In this document: positions 40,501 to 53,949 of the stretch, piece by piece | Numbering within the stretch: position 1 is the first letter of the stretch | Layout: every line of letters begins with the position of its first letter | NCBI GenBank assembly: GCA_024679065.1 | Contig: JAGIQG010000014.1 | Span: forward strand, 46,996,001 to 47,060,000 | Source of the DNA: Sphyrna mokarran | Lineage: Eukaryota | Direction of reading: 5' to 3' | DNA length: 64,000 nt | Notes under the pieces: model-generated | What the model was told of the DNA's origin: nothing | The model's database searches: none | Seen by the model: only the letters and a program-made list of their open reading frames with translations | Program-made: the position numbers and the translations under genes

Positions 40501-43009
40501 ACTTCAGCAATTTGTGAAAGACTCCTTTTGAATCAGCCTTTTAATTCTGCAGGAGGGTAATTCCATGGTAGTACTATTATAATTTGCAAAAGATAATATC
40601 AGTTACCCAAATATAATTGAGTTTTAATGCACTGACAAAGTGTGCTAGTAAAATAGTTTTTCTAATTGCACAAGAAGCAAATCAGTGCTCAGACAGGCAG
40701 AAGCTGTTGATCTATTTCCAATTCTGGAATTCAAGAAAGTCTTGGTGTGTGGATCCCAAGTCAAAGATCTACTTCTCCCCATTACCTGGCTAGAAAATTA
40801 AAAATTTTGAACACCAAAACATATTATTTGGCCATTTGCCTTATTGTGTGGGGGAAGTTGTACAAGTTGGCTGCAAAGTGTAGAAGTAACTATTTTCAAT
40901 ATTTAGATCAATTTAGTTAACTTTTATACCCATTTTCTAAGAAAGATTGCAATGCAGCTCTTGTTTAGCTTGCAAACTCAAATCCCCCAGGTTAATCTTT
41001 TCTACTGTTAAAAAAATTTATTGGTTTTTAATTAAATTGTTTGCCTTTTTGGAAAGGGTGATTAAGAAGTTTTTCCAGTTTGATATGCAATTTCTCAATA
41101 GTGCTAATAGTAGCAGCAGTTTTTTTTAAAAAAGAATTTTAAGTTTCTTTCTGCACTTCTACTTGTACTGAAGACTACTGAAAAACAAATGCAAAATTGA
41201 AACATTTTAATTCAGAAAAACTATGGAAAACATATTTTTCAAACCTCTTGTAACCATATTTTATTCAAAGTTTGCAAATGGTAATGGTGTTATTTTCACT
41301 TGCACTACCTAAGTGTTTTGTAAATAAACCCTGACTTTTCTTCTTTTTTCCCACCAAACTGACCAGTTGTTAATCGCCGAGTGTGAGGAAATTTTATGCC
41401 CTTTTGTCATTCTGGACTGATGCATCCAAATTCTTCATTTGCTTTACTTTCACCATTGAGCTAAATATTTTATGCACATTTAAGTTTGTTCTGAGGTTTT
41501 TTGAGGATGAAGAATCCTAGTTTATTGAGACATGCCTTAGAGCCTTTTTTCCTTTTTTTACCATTGGGGATCAGCCGTAACAATAACTCATGATAATGTC
41601 AGGTGTAGTAAATGAAGGAATGTTATACTTGGCTTGAATTCTGGAAATTTGCATTTAACTGATTCAGTATCCCATTGCTTTCAGTGTTCGTATTACTTGA
41701 ATATAGTCAGTGTTAAATTAACAATCCCCTTTCGATCTCTTTCAACTCATTCTTTTACTCCTCCAGTGGTATGTTCTACACAATCTATGGAATACCATGT
41801 CTGTCTTCATTTCAAGTATGAATTACTTTGCATTTGTCTGAGTTTCATTTTTCACTGATCATTTTATTTGTAGCCTCTTAACTGCCTCGTTGCTTGGTGC
41901 CATCTGCAAAAATTGCAATTGCATGTTTATAAGGAAAAGAAGTGATCCTGCTTTCAGCTCTAGCATTCCATACTTTTCCCACTTTATTGTGATCTGACTC
42001 CTGTTAGCTAATTATCAGTTCATTGTTTGTATCCAGTCACTTAATTTGTAAAGGTGTTTTTCATGTAGTGCTTTACTGTAGGCCTTTTGAAGTAGAGAAC
42101 TCTGCCATATGCCTTTTCTTGTATTTCTTTCCCCAGAGTTGGCAAGTTTAGTTTGATGCAAGTCAAAATTAATTGAAAGGTCTCAAGTTTAGGTCTTGTA
42201 CTGGGTTCATTAATCTCAGCAAGGAAGCAATAATGTGTATAAGGCAGAGTATATATTAGCCAGGATACTAACTCTAAAGTTTGAGTACCTTGTGGAAGTG
42301 CTCATCTGTACATGTGGAATGAGTTTATGATGGGGCTGAGCAGTGAAGCTGCACATGGTCAGGTATTCTGCTATTTGTCATTGTCCATACTTGATGAAGC
42401 ATAATATTTTAGATGACGTACTGGAGACTTAACATCCTGTTAAAGGAAAGGTCTTCATGTGAAATGTTTAATTTTGGGAGGAAAGGGCTTCGTAGCAATT
42501 GAAGTACTTTTGAAGTGTAGGCAAATACAGTAGCCAATAGTCATCATAAAGACCCCACAAACACACATGAGATAAATAACCAATTATCTTACTTCTGGTG
42601 ATTTAAGTGCAGCATTATTAGCCAGTGATATTGTTATTATTGGGGTCATTGCTTCGATTTGGACCTTCAATTGAATCTTCAAGCCTGACAAAAATGGTGA
42701 TTATTGACACACTGACTACCAAGATTATCACAATCAAGCCCACTGTCTGTGATAGGTACTTTTCCAGCAGATAGTGATCAACTAAATAAACTGTGTATTC
42801 TCTGCCCCCGACCCATCTAAAGATATGATACACTCATAGATGCTGAGGTATAATTGCAGGGATGTGCTTGGATTCTTAAGAATGAAATGAAAATTTGTAG
42901 CTTTTTGGTTTACTTAGTTCAGTAAATGTTACATCAATCTACTGTCATATTGGGGATGCATATTTTCAATATTTAAATTGCATTATTAAATATCCATTTA
43001 TTGGAATTG

Positions 43010-43660
43010 TCACTCATTCAGTACAGACGAAGCCCTTTGCCCATAGAATTGTCACTGATAAAATTACACTAAATTTACGCAAATCCCACTTTCCAGCGCA
43101 TGGGCTATGGTCTTGAATGTTACGACATTTCAAGTGTTCATTCACATACTACTTCCTGCCTCTATACTGTCCTCCCAGGCAATATATTTCAGAATCCCAT
43201 CACCGTCCGGATTAAAAAACCTTTTCCTCAAATGACTTCTAAACCTCTTGTCCCTCACCATAAAATTATGCTCCCTAATTATTAACTCTTCATCCAAGGG
43301 AAACAGCTGCTTCCTATCCACATTGTCTGTGTCCCACCATTGTATACCTCAGTTGGGGCTTCTCAGCCTTCCCTGCCTTAAAGAAAACCAACCAGAGCCT
43401 ATCCAACTCCTCCTCATTGCTGCATCCCATGCAACATTCTGGTGTATCTTCTCTGCATCTCCTCCAGTGCTATCACATCCTTTCTGTACTAAAGTAACTA
43501 GAATTGCGCACACTATACCAGCTGTGGCCTAACCAAAATTTTGTACTACTCAAACATAACCTCTCCATTCTTATAATCTTATGCCAAGACTGATAACACC
43601 AAGTGACCCATATGCCACCTTAACTAACCTATTAACCTGTCTTGCTGCCTTCAGGGATCT
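43010..43660 (-). mobile_element. CR1 3' fragment
   Basis: cagtacagacgaagccctttgcccat tail; agaattgcgcacactataccagctgtggcctaacc (RPQLEYCVQF-like on the minus strand). Confidence 0.75.
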
Positions 43661-45453
43661 TTACTATCACATGGAAAATGACAAGTTGAGTCACACTTAT
43701 TTTGCATTTAATTTTTGTGTAGTTATAGAGATGTTTGTCAGAGTTTTGGATTGGGTCGCCAGACCACTTTCAGGAATAATATGGCATTGGGACAGCAACT
43801 TGAAATTTCAACAATTGCATATTGCACCTAAAAAATTATATAAATCAGGCTGCTTTATTTGGATTTCTACTTTCAGGTGATTTGGAGGAAGTGAGAGAAT
43901 TTTCCCATTCAAACAATATTTCCATGTAAAAAACTGCATCAAAGAATTCTTTTTTTTTATCCCACAAAAGTAACTGAAAAGTAACTGCATTTTTTGTTCC
44001 TAAATGGTGGTATAAATTAATTCAGCAACTGGAGAAATATGTGACATCTGAACCTTGTCATCCCTAATATACTGCCTTTTTTAATATAAGATTGTAAATG
44101 GGTACATTTGATCTTGTTGCAACTGAGTCATTAAAAATGAGCTGGAGATTGTGGTCTATGAACAAAATTTGATGAACAGGCCTAATTGACAAAAAAATGC
44201 ACTTTTTCATCGTTCTACCCATTCTAATGTCAAACTTTTTTCCCTAAGATTAGTTATAAAACAGTTTGTGAGAAGTTGGGGCAAAGTGGAGGGGCCCCTC
44301 ACTCTGACTTGTGTCATCCCTGCGATGGCGCAGTGGAAAAGATCTGGCATCCCTAAAATCTGTCAGAACTGTAAAAATTCAACCCCATGCCTATATTCCT
44401 GTGGAGTAAAGAGACAATTTACCTAGTTCCCACTGTATACCCCTCAAACTCTTGGGAATCCAACATTGTGATCTAATTCAGTCGTCAAGAAGGGATGAAG
44501 TCAACTTGAAGGAGTCAGGCCACCATCTTGTACATCCAGTTTCCAGATGGGAAGGGACCAGTTTATTAATAATTTTCAGTGGGAGCTTTTTGTTAACAGT
44601 TCTCAACAAAACAGAAATTATAGTGAATTTTGGCATTTGAACGGAGTCCAGGATAATTAGATGGTTGCACAAAATAAACTAATTTGGGTTTCCTTACATG
44701 AAACCACCTAGATCCTCTAAATTATTTTGCTTCCAAATTAGAGCACTTGTTTATAGGGCAGTGAATACTGTAATTGTTTCAATTGCAGCAGCTGTAAAGA
44801 CCATTTGACTGATACTTTCCTTTGCAATTGTGATTTTAAAAAGTGTTTGACTTTTCAGCTTAATCAGAGAGGCCGAGAGCTGAACAATTATTGTAGAACT
44901 TATGGAAGTTTTTATTAGAATATTAATATTATTTATTTTCACTGTGCATATTCTGTTGCTATGCATTCAACTTTTTTGTTTTATAATTTGAAAGTTCTCA
45001 GATTTTCATGTTAGAAACTTGCTGGCTATTTTACAAGCAAGGTTAAAGTGCCATCCCTGACAGAATTTGGGTTATAGTTTGAAGTCATTAAACATCTTGA
45101 ATGGAGATTCTTCAATTTTCTGTAGTTTCTAAATATGCTGCCTCTTCATTTAGGCATGTTGTGCGATACTGTTTTGTAAAATACTGACATAATGGAATAG
45201 CCTTCTGAGGCACTATTGGTCTATATTCAATTTTTATTGAACATTTTCAGTATTACATTGTAAACAATGATATTGAGTCTTATTTCTTAATTATTCAATT
45301 CTAGTTTATATTTGTAAAATACTGAAAGTGGCACAATTACAAATTATGTTCTCACTTTTTCCAGAATGTGCTTATTCTTTGGTTGTATGCATACAGCAAA
45401 ACTCTATAGCTCTTTCTCATTTTGAAGAAATGACAACTGATTTTGTTTTGCAG

Positions 45454-45602
45454 CAGTGAGTAGTAGAATGCCTTCTGGACCGAATCCTCCTTCCCACACT
45501 ACAACACCCCCTACTCCTCAGCCTCGTACTCAAACTCCCAGTCCAGTTGTTTCTCCTTCATCAATGCTGCCTCTCTATCCTTCAGTTGAAATTGACGCAC
45601 AG
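45454..45602 (+). CDS. ANKHD1: ANKHD1 exon ~16 (149 nt): AVSSRMPSGPNPPSHTTTPPTPQP...LPLYPSVEIDAQ
   Basis: ttgcag|CAG tandem acceptor, CAG|gtaaac; S/P/T-rich linker. Confidence 0.92.
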
Positions 45603-45929
45603 GTAAACAATCCATAAACATGTAATACATCAGGCAATAGTAAAATCAAATTTTTTGAGCATTTTGTGAACAATATATACAGTATTTTAAATACGGTTGA
45701 TGCTAAGGTTTGGATGATTATTTTACAAAATGAGTATGTCTTAAGATTATGGACAGATATCTATTATGCTAGAATCTATTAGGTGAATGATATTGAGGCA
45801 TTTAGAAAATCTCAACATGAATGCTTAGAGCCTTCAGAGTTATGAAAAGAAAATTGTGTTCAGAAAATTTCTATTTTTGGCAATGTAGCTAGTAGGTGGG
45901 TGAGGGAGAAGCAATAGATGTAGCTTATT

Positions 45930-47010
45930 TGATTTTTCTTCCTGATAAGATGCCACAGAAGAGTTATTACACAAAATTGGGGCTTGGGGTAATTTATTAG
46001 CACGGTTTGAGGAATGGTTAACCAACACAGTAAAATAGGAGTACTTGGGTTATTTTTGAATTGGCATGTACTAAGTAACTAGTAGAGCATAAGAATCGTG
46101 CTTGGGCCTCGGCTATTTACAATTTATATCAGTAATGTGAGTGTAATGCATACAGTTTTGCTGCTGATGGGAAAATGGGCTGTGATGAGAATGAGACTGC
46201 CAAGGATTTAGAGAGATTAAAGTTGCAACAGTATGATTGATGGAGTACAATGTAGAGAAATGTAAAATTGGAATTTTGGTTGGAATAAAACTGATTTAAA
46301 AAAAAATTGAAATACACCTCAGAAGGATCTGGATGTCCTTGTACATGAACCACAAAGTTAATGTATGTGCACATTAAGTGATTAGGAAAGAAAATGGCAT
46401 ATTAGATTTGAAAGGATTGAACTTTAATGGTGAAGAAGCCTTTATTGCATTTGCGTATAGGGCCTTGATGAGATACCTGGGCCTTTTTTTTGTGCAGCTT
46501 TAGCCTCCTATCTAAGGAAAGATATACTTACCTTGAAGTGAGTACAACAAAGATTTCACTGGACTGATCCCTGTAATGAGAGGATTATGCTTGGAAGAAA
46601 AATTGAGTAGACTAGGCCTATTATCCTCCTACACTTGAGGGAATAGAGGTGATCCAACTGAACATATAAAATTCTGAAGAAACATGATAAAATAGATGTT
46701 GGGAAGATGTTTCCCCTTGTTGGAGAGCCCAGAAGGGTCACAATATCCAGGCAACCCTTTATGACTGAGATGAAAAATTTTCTTCACCGAGTACTGTGAA
46801 CCTTTATAATTCTTTTAAGAAATTGTGAGTTCTTAGTCATAGAATATATTCAAGTCAGAAATCATCAGATTCTTAGATACTTGAGGAATCAAAGAATATG
46901 AGAATTGTGCTGGAAGGTGTGACTTGAGACAGAAGATCAGTTATGATCCTACTGAGTGACAGGTAATCTTGGTGGGACTCAATGGCCCACTACTCCAATT
47001 TCTTGCATTT
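45930..47010 (+). mobile_element. Decayed CR1 RT-to-3' fragment
   Basis: agttttgctgctgat (FADD-like), gaatagaggtgatccaactgaa (degenerate RGDLIE), ttttcttcacc, gaagatcagttatgatc tail. Confidence 0.75.
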
Positions 47011-47102
47011 TATGCATGTTAATGACTTTTATAAATATTACAGCTTCTACATTATATAGTTGATTGAACTTTCATTGAACAACGTCCTTTTTTTCTATGT
47101 AG

Positions 47103-47214
47103 ACTGAGAGTAACCATGATACTGCATTAACATTGGCGTGCGCTGGGGGACACGAAGAACTTGTTTCAGTTTTAATAGCTCGTGGTGCTAACATTGAACA
47201 CAGGGATAAAAAAG
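47103..47214 (+). CDS. ANKHD1: ANKHD1 exon ~17 (112 nt): TESNHDTALTLACAGGHEELVSVLIARGANIEHRDKK
   Basis: tgtag|ACT, AAAG|gtatgc; start of second ankyrin cluster. Confidence 0.95.
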
Positions 47215-49292
47215 GTATGCATCGATTTGCCACTTAGATCAGCTTTCATTTAATGGAGTGATAGAGACAAGATCTTGAAACTGCTGAGTTCAGTAGTGAG
47301 TATACTTTTGTAAATATACGTGCAGTCCAGCATAATGGGGGATCTTATTCTTGGACGCTGTTGAGAAATAATATATTGATTGCTAATTGCACACTTTACA
47401 AGGATACAAGGATAAAGGATTTACATCGGTATCATTGTATCAGCTGAATGCAGTTCCATTTATCAGGAAGGTTCTTTTCCTTATGATTTAACATCTTTTC
47501 AGTTTCTTTTGCCTTAAAAATTCTTAATTATTTTTATGATCACTCCTTGGGATGTGAACCCGATTGTCACCAAGAAGTTGGCGGTGGTGAACCACCACCT
47601 TGAATCACTGTAGTCCATGTACTGTAGGTGCATCCATAATTTTTCCTTTATCCTGTAGAAAGTTAATATCTGTACGGCTTGCTATGTCCATTTGCCTTCA
47701 GGAATCAACTGTATTACTCTGGGGTTGCATGTTTACTAGACCAGGTAAGATTTAGGGTTAAGGTTAGATTAACCCTAACCCTAAGTCTAACTGACATTAA
47801 TGAACCAGGTGTGTTTTTAACAAGAATCCCAATAATTTCATGATTGTTATCAATAAGACTATTTAATTCCAGATTTTTTAATTAATTGAATCTAAATTCC
47901 TCAATTACCTTGATGGGATTTGTACCTAACTGTCCAGAAGCCTGGATTATTTGTCCAATAACATTACTATTAAGCTACTGTGTTCCTTGTGTTGTTTAAT
48001 TTTTGCATAATTAGGATGTTCATTTGGAGGATGGAAATCATGATCATGTTTTGAAGCTATGAATCTGACCACCGTACTTTCCATACCAAGAAATGCATAT
48101 AGGCCAAATTTGCGCATACTTTGATATCTTTGGTCAAATAGTTTTATAGCATAGATGCAAACTAATTCATACTAGTGTTTATATTCAACTTTATTTTCTT
48201 TCCAACAAAAACAGAAAATGCTGGCAAATCTCAGCAGGTCTGTGGAAAGAGAACATTTCGAACCTGGATGAATTTTTGTCAGAGTAGAAGGCAATTAGAA
48301 ATAGGATGAGATTTATATTATTGTGACAGGATTAAAAACAGGAAAAGATTTATTATCTTTCCACCTTATTTAATCTAACCATTTAATCATATTCTATCTT
48401 TCTCCCTTCTCTGTGAGCGTGTAAGTGCCTTTCAGGACTGCTCAATGAATTTTTTTAATTTGCCAATCAGTGGTCAGCAAAATCAGTGGTCTGAAGATGA
48501 CTTCAGAATATTCTGTGCTACTAAAGGCCATTGTCTCTGGAAGTAACCACCACTTTCTTTGGAAACAGCACTGGTGACTTATCTATATGTAGTTTGGGGA
48601 TGTGTTTGTTCCTGAAATTTCAAGATTAAAATACTGTATCAATTCTATATCTATATTACACCTCATCCAATCTTTGAGACAGAGAGCCATTTTCATCATT
48701 GCACTGCTAAGCAAATCTTGGCATTGTGCTTTGGGAAGTCCAGAGTTTAGTATAACTAATTAACTAATTGATAAAATTCACATTCAGGCATCTCTTGTAT
48801 GGAGACTAACCAAAAAGGTGAGTGGTAACTTCATTACTGATTGTGCTGAGGTTTTCCAACATTTTTGTTTTTCTGTTAGGAGTCATTATTGTTCAGTAAC
48901 CTGCCCTTAATTAAGGCAACAGTTAGCAAAAAGCTGCTTCTCAGGTTGAAATGAGATGACCAATACAAAACATTGGACTGTGTTATTTGCGCACTTAGGT
49001 GTTGAATGTTGTGGAACGTTTACTCGTAGAAATTATTGAATGACTTCCAGAGGTTTGTTTTTCAGTCGAGAGAAAGTCGAAAGAGGATCAATGATGTTAA
49101 AACAAGTCCTACAACAACCCAGCAAAGATCTCTTGTTTATATTCACTTAATGTTTTCCACCATGGGGATGCTAAAATCAAGAATTCAGAGTATAGATGCG
49201 ATTTTATTGCTTGCTCTAATGTTGCACGTTGATCATTATATTCATTTAAATTTTAATCTGTTAATATGCTTGTCTATCTTCCTTCCTGTTAG

Positions 49293-49438
49293 GTTTTACT
49301 CCACTTATTTTGGCTGCTACAGCTGGTCATGTTGGAGTTGTAGAAATTCTGTTAGACAAAGGTGCAGATATTGAAGCACAATCTGAACGCACCAAGGATA
49401 CGCCATTGTCATTGGCTTGTTCTGGAGGAAGACAAGAG
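49293..49438 (+). CDS. ANKHD1: ANKHD1 exon ~18 (146 nt): GFTPLILAATAGH...LACSGGRQE
   Basis: gttag|GT, GAG|gtgaaa. Confidence 0.95.
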
Positions 49439-50029
49439 GTGAAAGACTTTTCTGTTAACTGTGTTCTATTAACTGCCTGTACCCAGTTTACTTGAATGAG
49501 CATGCACTGCGTGGTTTCAGAACAAACACTAACCTAAATTGCTCAGTAGAAGCTTGTAATCTGGACACAGACATAATTCAGGTAGTTTACAAGGGAGCAG
49601 AGAGATATGGTCTCACCAATCCCCAAAACAATATCAGTATGGCGCGATACATTGTAACATTACTAACACTACATTCTGTATCAAACCAGGGTGGGCCTCG
49701 TTCAACTAATAGACATTCATAAAAGGGAGAGGGTAGATTTGAACATGGTAGCTGTGTTAGAAGGACATGCCAAGACGATCAGTCAATTATCAGGGAAAAA
49801 TTAGAGGATGATGACCAACAACAGAACCAGAGTTTATGTAGTGCGTATACACTGTGGATGATAGAACAGCTAGGGGGAAATGTAGAGCAAGTATGCAGTG
49901 GACACATTCCGTCTTGGATTAGTGACGAACAGATGGAACACTTATTTATGGGTAAGAAACGCCCCAAGTTATCTAGCTGCCATTTTATTAATATATAGTC
50001 TGTAGTTTTTTAATGAAGGGACCACCAAG

Positions 50030-51115
50030 ATTTTAAATTGGCTATTAGATTTTTAAAAAATTCATTTGTTGAAAGTAGGACATTTCAGATTTTTTGTTAA
50101 GCTGACTAAAGCAGTGGATTTAGAATTATTTTTGTAGTCTTCAAGACATTTGACAGTGTTCCTGATCAATTTGGCTAAGTTTGAAGCCTTTGGAATTATG
50201 GCAAATTATTGATCTGATTAAGAAATTGGTTCAGCAGGAAGCAAAGTGTCAGGATAATGGGCAGATATTGCACTTTGCAGGATGTTGGTAAGAGCGTGCT
50301 GTATGGATCTTCGAGACTCAACCATTCACTGTATTTCTAAATGATTTAGAAGATGGCAGAGAGCTACACTCCAAATTTGCTGATAACACAGATGACTATA
50401 GTGGAAGCCTAAAATTAATTACTTGATGGATTAAGTAGGCAAATGGGTTTCAAGGCACATGTGAAGCTTCTTTAAAAAAAGAACAGGATACTTGGTAAAT
50501 GTGAAATGTCCATTTACGTTGATCCTGAAAATGTTGTAAACAGACCAAGAAGAAAACCAAAAAGGCTAATATAGAATGCTGGCTGTTACGTAGATCTCTA
50601 GAGGATGACAGTATAAGGAGGCAGAAGTTGTGCTTCAGTTATACAAAACCCTGGTTAGACTACACTTAAACTAATTAGAGCAGTTCTGGGCTATATTTGC
50701 CTTCGAAAGATTTTAGCCTACATTTATGAGAATGGTACTCAAACTCCAAGATTATACAAACTAGGATTGATGGTCTTTGGAAATTAGAAATTGAAGGATC
50801 ATTGGATTGAATTTTCCATGAGATTAAGGGAAATAGGGTAGATGAAAACAAATTTTTGCAGGTTGGGAATCTAGGACTTGGTGTCATGATCTAAAAATTG
50901 GAGCCAGAACTTTCAGAGTGAAACTAGGAAACATTTCTACACACACAGATGCACGTGTAAAATACTCCTACACGAAACATTTGATGTTCAGGTATAATTT
51001 TAACCTGCAATTGATTTTTGTTCAGAGATATAAAGGGATGTATGGATTTAAGATCAGTCATGATCTTATTGAATGATGAAACAGGCTTGATGAATTAAAT
51101 GTCCCTTTGTTCCTA
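50030..51115 (+). mobile_element. Decayed CR1 RT-to-3' fragment
   Basis: caaatttgctgataacaca (KFADNT), atacaaaaccctggttagac (YKTLVR), aagatcagtcatgatcttattgaatg tail. Confidence 0.7.
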
Positions 51116-51420
51116 AATTCAGCAAGCTAATTCTCTTGTGTATATTTTAGTAGTTTCATCAAAGCATAGTTTCAGTGGTGTGTTGCAGCATTATTCATTG
51201 GTCAACCTTTGTCAGGACATTAATATCAGAACAATACTAAATTTCAGAGCAAATAAAACCATATAATTTTAGCATTTCATGTGAGCCTTGTCTGCACAAA
51301 ATCCTATTAAGTATGGGGTTATCATTGCAGAATGATCATGTATGCAGTGGTTGATAAAGTTTTCATTATTTCCATTTCAAATTAATACCTGAAACTTATT
51401 TTGCATATTTCTTGATTTAG

Positions 51421-51563
51421 GTGGTGGAATTGCTGTTGGCTCGTGGTGCAAACAAAGAGCATCGCAATGTTTCAGACTATACACCTCTCAGCCTTGCTGC
51501 CTCTGGTGGCTATGTTAACATCATAAAGATTCTTTTGAATGCTGGAGCAGAAATTAATTCCAG
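51421..51563 (+). CDS. ANKHD1: ANKHD1 exon ~19 (143 nt): VVELLLARGANKEHRNVSDYTPLSLAASGG...AEINS
   Basis: tttag|GTG, CAG|gtatta. Confidence 0.95.
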
Positions 51564-52275
51564 GTATTACATGTTAAATAACTTCATGAAGATGTAAGGA
51601 GAATACTCAGAAATGATCCATGTTGTCTTTTGACTGTCAACTAGATTCATTCCTGGCTGTTGTTCATTAGCCTTCATTTTGATAATCTGTTATTTCAAGC
51701 TTGCATTTCAAAGCATTGACCTCAATCCATCTATTCTTTCCTAATCATGAAAATGTTTTCCCCAAAAATTAATAAAATGAACATTGCAGTATCTAGATTC
51801 AATAGGTCTGAGTTTACTAAAGCTTGCCTAGTTAGCTAGTCGTTTTATTTCTTAGAGCAAAATAATTTTGAGCTTAAGTTGCTGAAAGTGCTAATTGGAA
51901 ATGATCACAGTGAGGGCATTAGGGCACGTGGGGCCTTGGTGACCAAAAATGTGTCTCCTTAACTGATGAGATTCAAAGATTGAGAAATAAACAATAAAGA
52001 TTGGAGGAAGGTTAACTAGAAGTGAGTGAATTCAATGTCAGATCATAAACAAAAGAAAATAAAGGCGAGAGAAATATTGGATTGAATGTACAAGAGAAAG
52101 TGGTTTTTAAAAAATTAACATTTTTAAAATTAATAACCATTCACAGCCAGTAGGTATAAAACTTTTTCTCGCTAGTTAGAAACCATGTTCAGTCATTCCT
52201 ATGTGCAATATTGGCTGTATCATGTAATTTAAACAAAAACTTTGTAAAATTCATAAAATGTTTATTCTGTTGCAG

Positions 52276-52489
52276 GACGGGAAGCAAATTGGGAATTTCT
52301 CCTCTGATGTTAGCTGCTATGAATGGTCATGTGGCGTCAGTGAAACTGTTGCTTGATATGGGCTCTGACATCAATGCCCAGATTGAGACCAATAGAAACA
52401 CTGCCCTTACTCTGGCCTGTTTCCAAGGCCGAGCAGAAGTTGTCAGTTTGCTGTTGGATAGAAAAGCAAATGTTGAGCACAGAGCAAAG
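52276..52489 (+). CDS. ANKHD1: ANKHD1 exon ~20 (214 nt): TGSKLGISPLMLAAMNGH...NVEHRAK
   Basis: tgcag|G, AAG|gttcgt; ORF 52211..52498. Confidence 0.95.
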
Positions 52490-52644
52490 GTTCGTTAAAT
52501 TTCTTTAATTATTAAAACGTAAATGTGTAAAAGATCACTCAAGTTTAAGCATAGGTAGTACTAAGAGTAATTTTTTTCTAAAACATTTGACTTCAGTATT
52601 GCCCTCATTCATTTATTTGAGCTACGTGCAACACAGGTTGAACA

Positions 52645-53385
52645 TATTAGAGTTAGAGGGGTTTACAGCATGGAAACAGGCCCTTTGGCCCAGCTTGTCT
52701 ATATCGCTTTTTTAAAATTTCAAAGCTAATTCCAATTGTCTGCATTTGGCCATTTCCCTCTATACCCATCTTACTCACGTAACTATCTAAATGTTTTTTA
52801 AAAGACAAAATTGTATCCACTTCTACTACTACCTCTGGCAGCTTGTTCCAGACACTCACTATCCTCTGAAAAAATTACCCTGCTGGACACTTGTATCCCT
52901 CTCCTTTCACCTTAAACCTGTGCCCCTCTAGTTTTAGATTCCCCTACTTTTGGGAAAAAATATTGACTGTCTAGCTGATCTGTGCCCCTCATTATTTTAT
53001 AGACCTCTATAAGATCATCCCTCAGCCTCCTACGCTCCAGAGGAAGAGTCCCAGTCGATCCAGCCTTTCCTTGTAACTCAATCCCTTAAGTCCTAGTGCC
53101 ATCCTAGTAAATCTTTTCTCCACTCTTTCTAGTTTAATAATATCCTTCTTGTAATAGGATGACTAGAACTGCACACAACATTCCAAGTGTGGCTTTACTA
53201 ATGTTTTTACAAATTCCAACTCCTTTAGTCAATATTCTGACTGACGAAACCAAGCATGCTGAATATCACCTTCACCACTGTGTCCACCTGTGACTCCACT
53301 TTCAAGGAGCTATGAATCTGTACCCCTAGATCTTTGTTCTATAACTCTCCCCAGTGCCTTTCCATTAATTGAGTACTCATTTGAT
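52645..53385 (-). mobile_element. CR1 3' fragment
   Basis: ORF 52653..52859 VWNKLPEVVVEVDTILSFKKHLDSY; tacagcatggaaacaggccctttggccc tail. Confidence 0.85.
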
Positions 53386-53949
53386 TAAAATAGTTTCTTA
53401 GTATTTTGGAAGTAAATGTAGTAATTTGCATATGCAATTCCCTGCCAGTGTTATGCTTTGTTTTACTACAGTTATTATGTCACGTTATTTGTTGCACTTG
53501 AATTTGCTTGTATAACCCATTACTTTTATTGCAATGATAATTTAGGCTTCCTCACTTGTAGTACTAGACTATTACATAATTGTGGGATATGTAGTTATCG
53601 CTGGTTGAAATGGATCCCCGTCTTCTCAAGTTACAATTCCATGTCTGCGAGTGTTTTGTTAAGCATTCTCTGTGAAATTTTATTTTCCCACACTCCTCTA
53701 GTCCAAATTTTCTCATTTAAAGCTGGGGTCTCTAGCTGGAATCGCAGGGAGAACACAAATCTTGTTTCTCAATCGTGCTAGAGGGAAGAAATTTGAAAAT
53801 TAAGGAAAGCAAGCAGAAATGGAACAGAACTAAATGAAACTTTGTGGTGGGACAAAGAAGAAACCAGAACTATAAGGAACACACACTTGGAATGAAATAA
53901 AAAATAAAGCGGTACTTCAATATAAATGTCAAAAGTGGAGATAGCAGCA

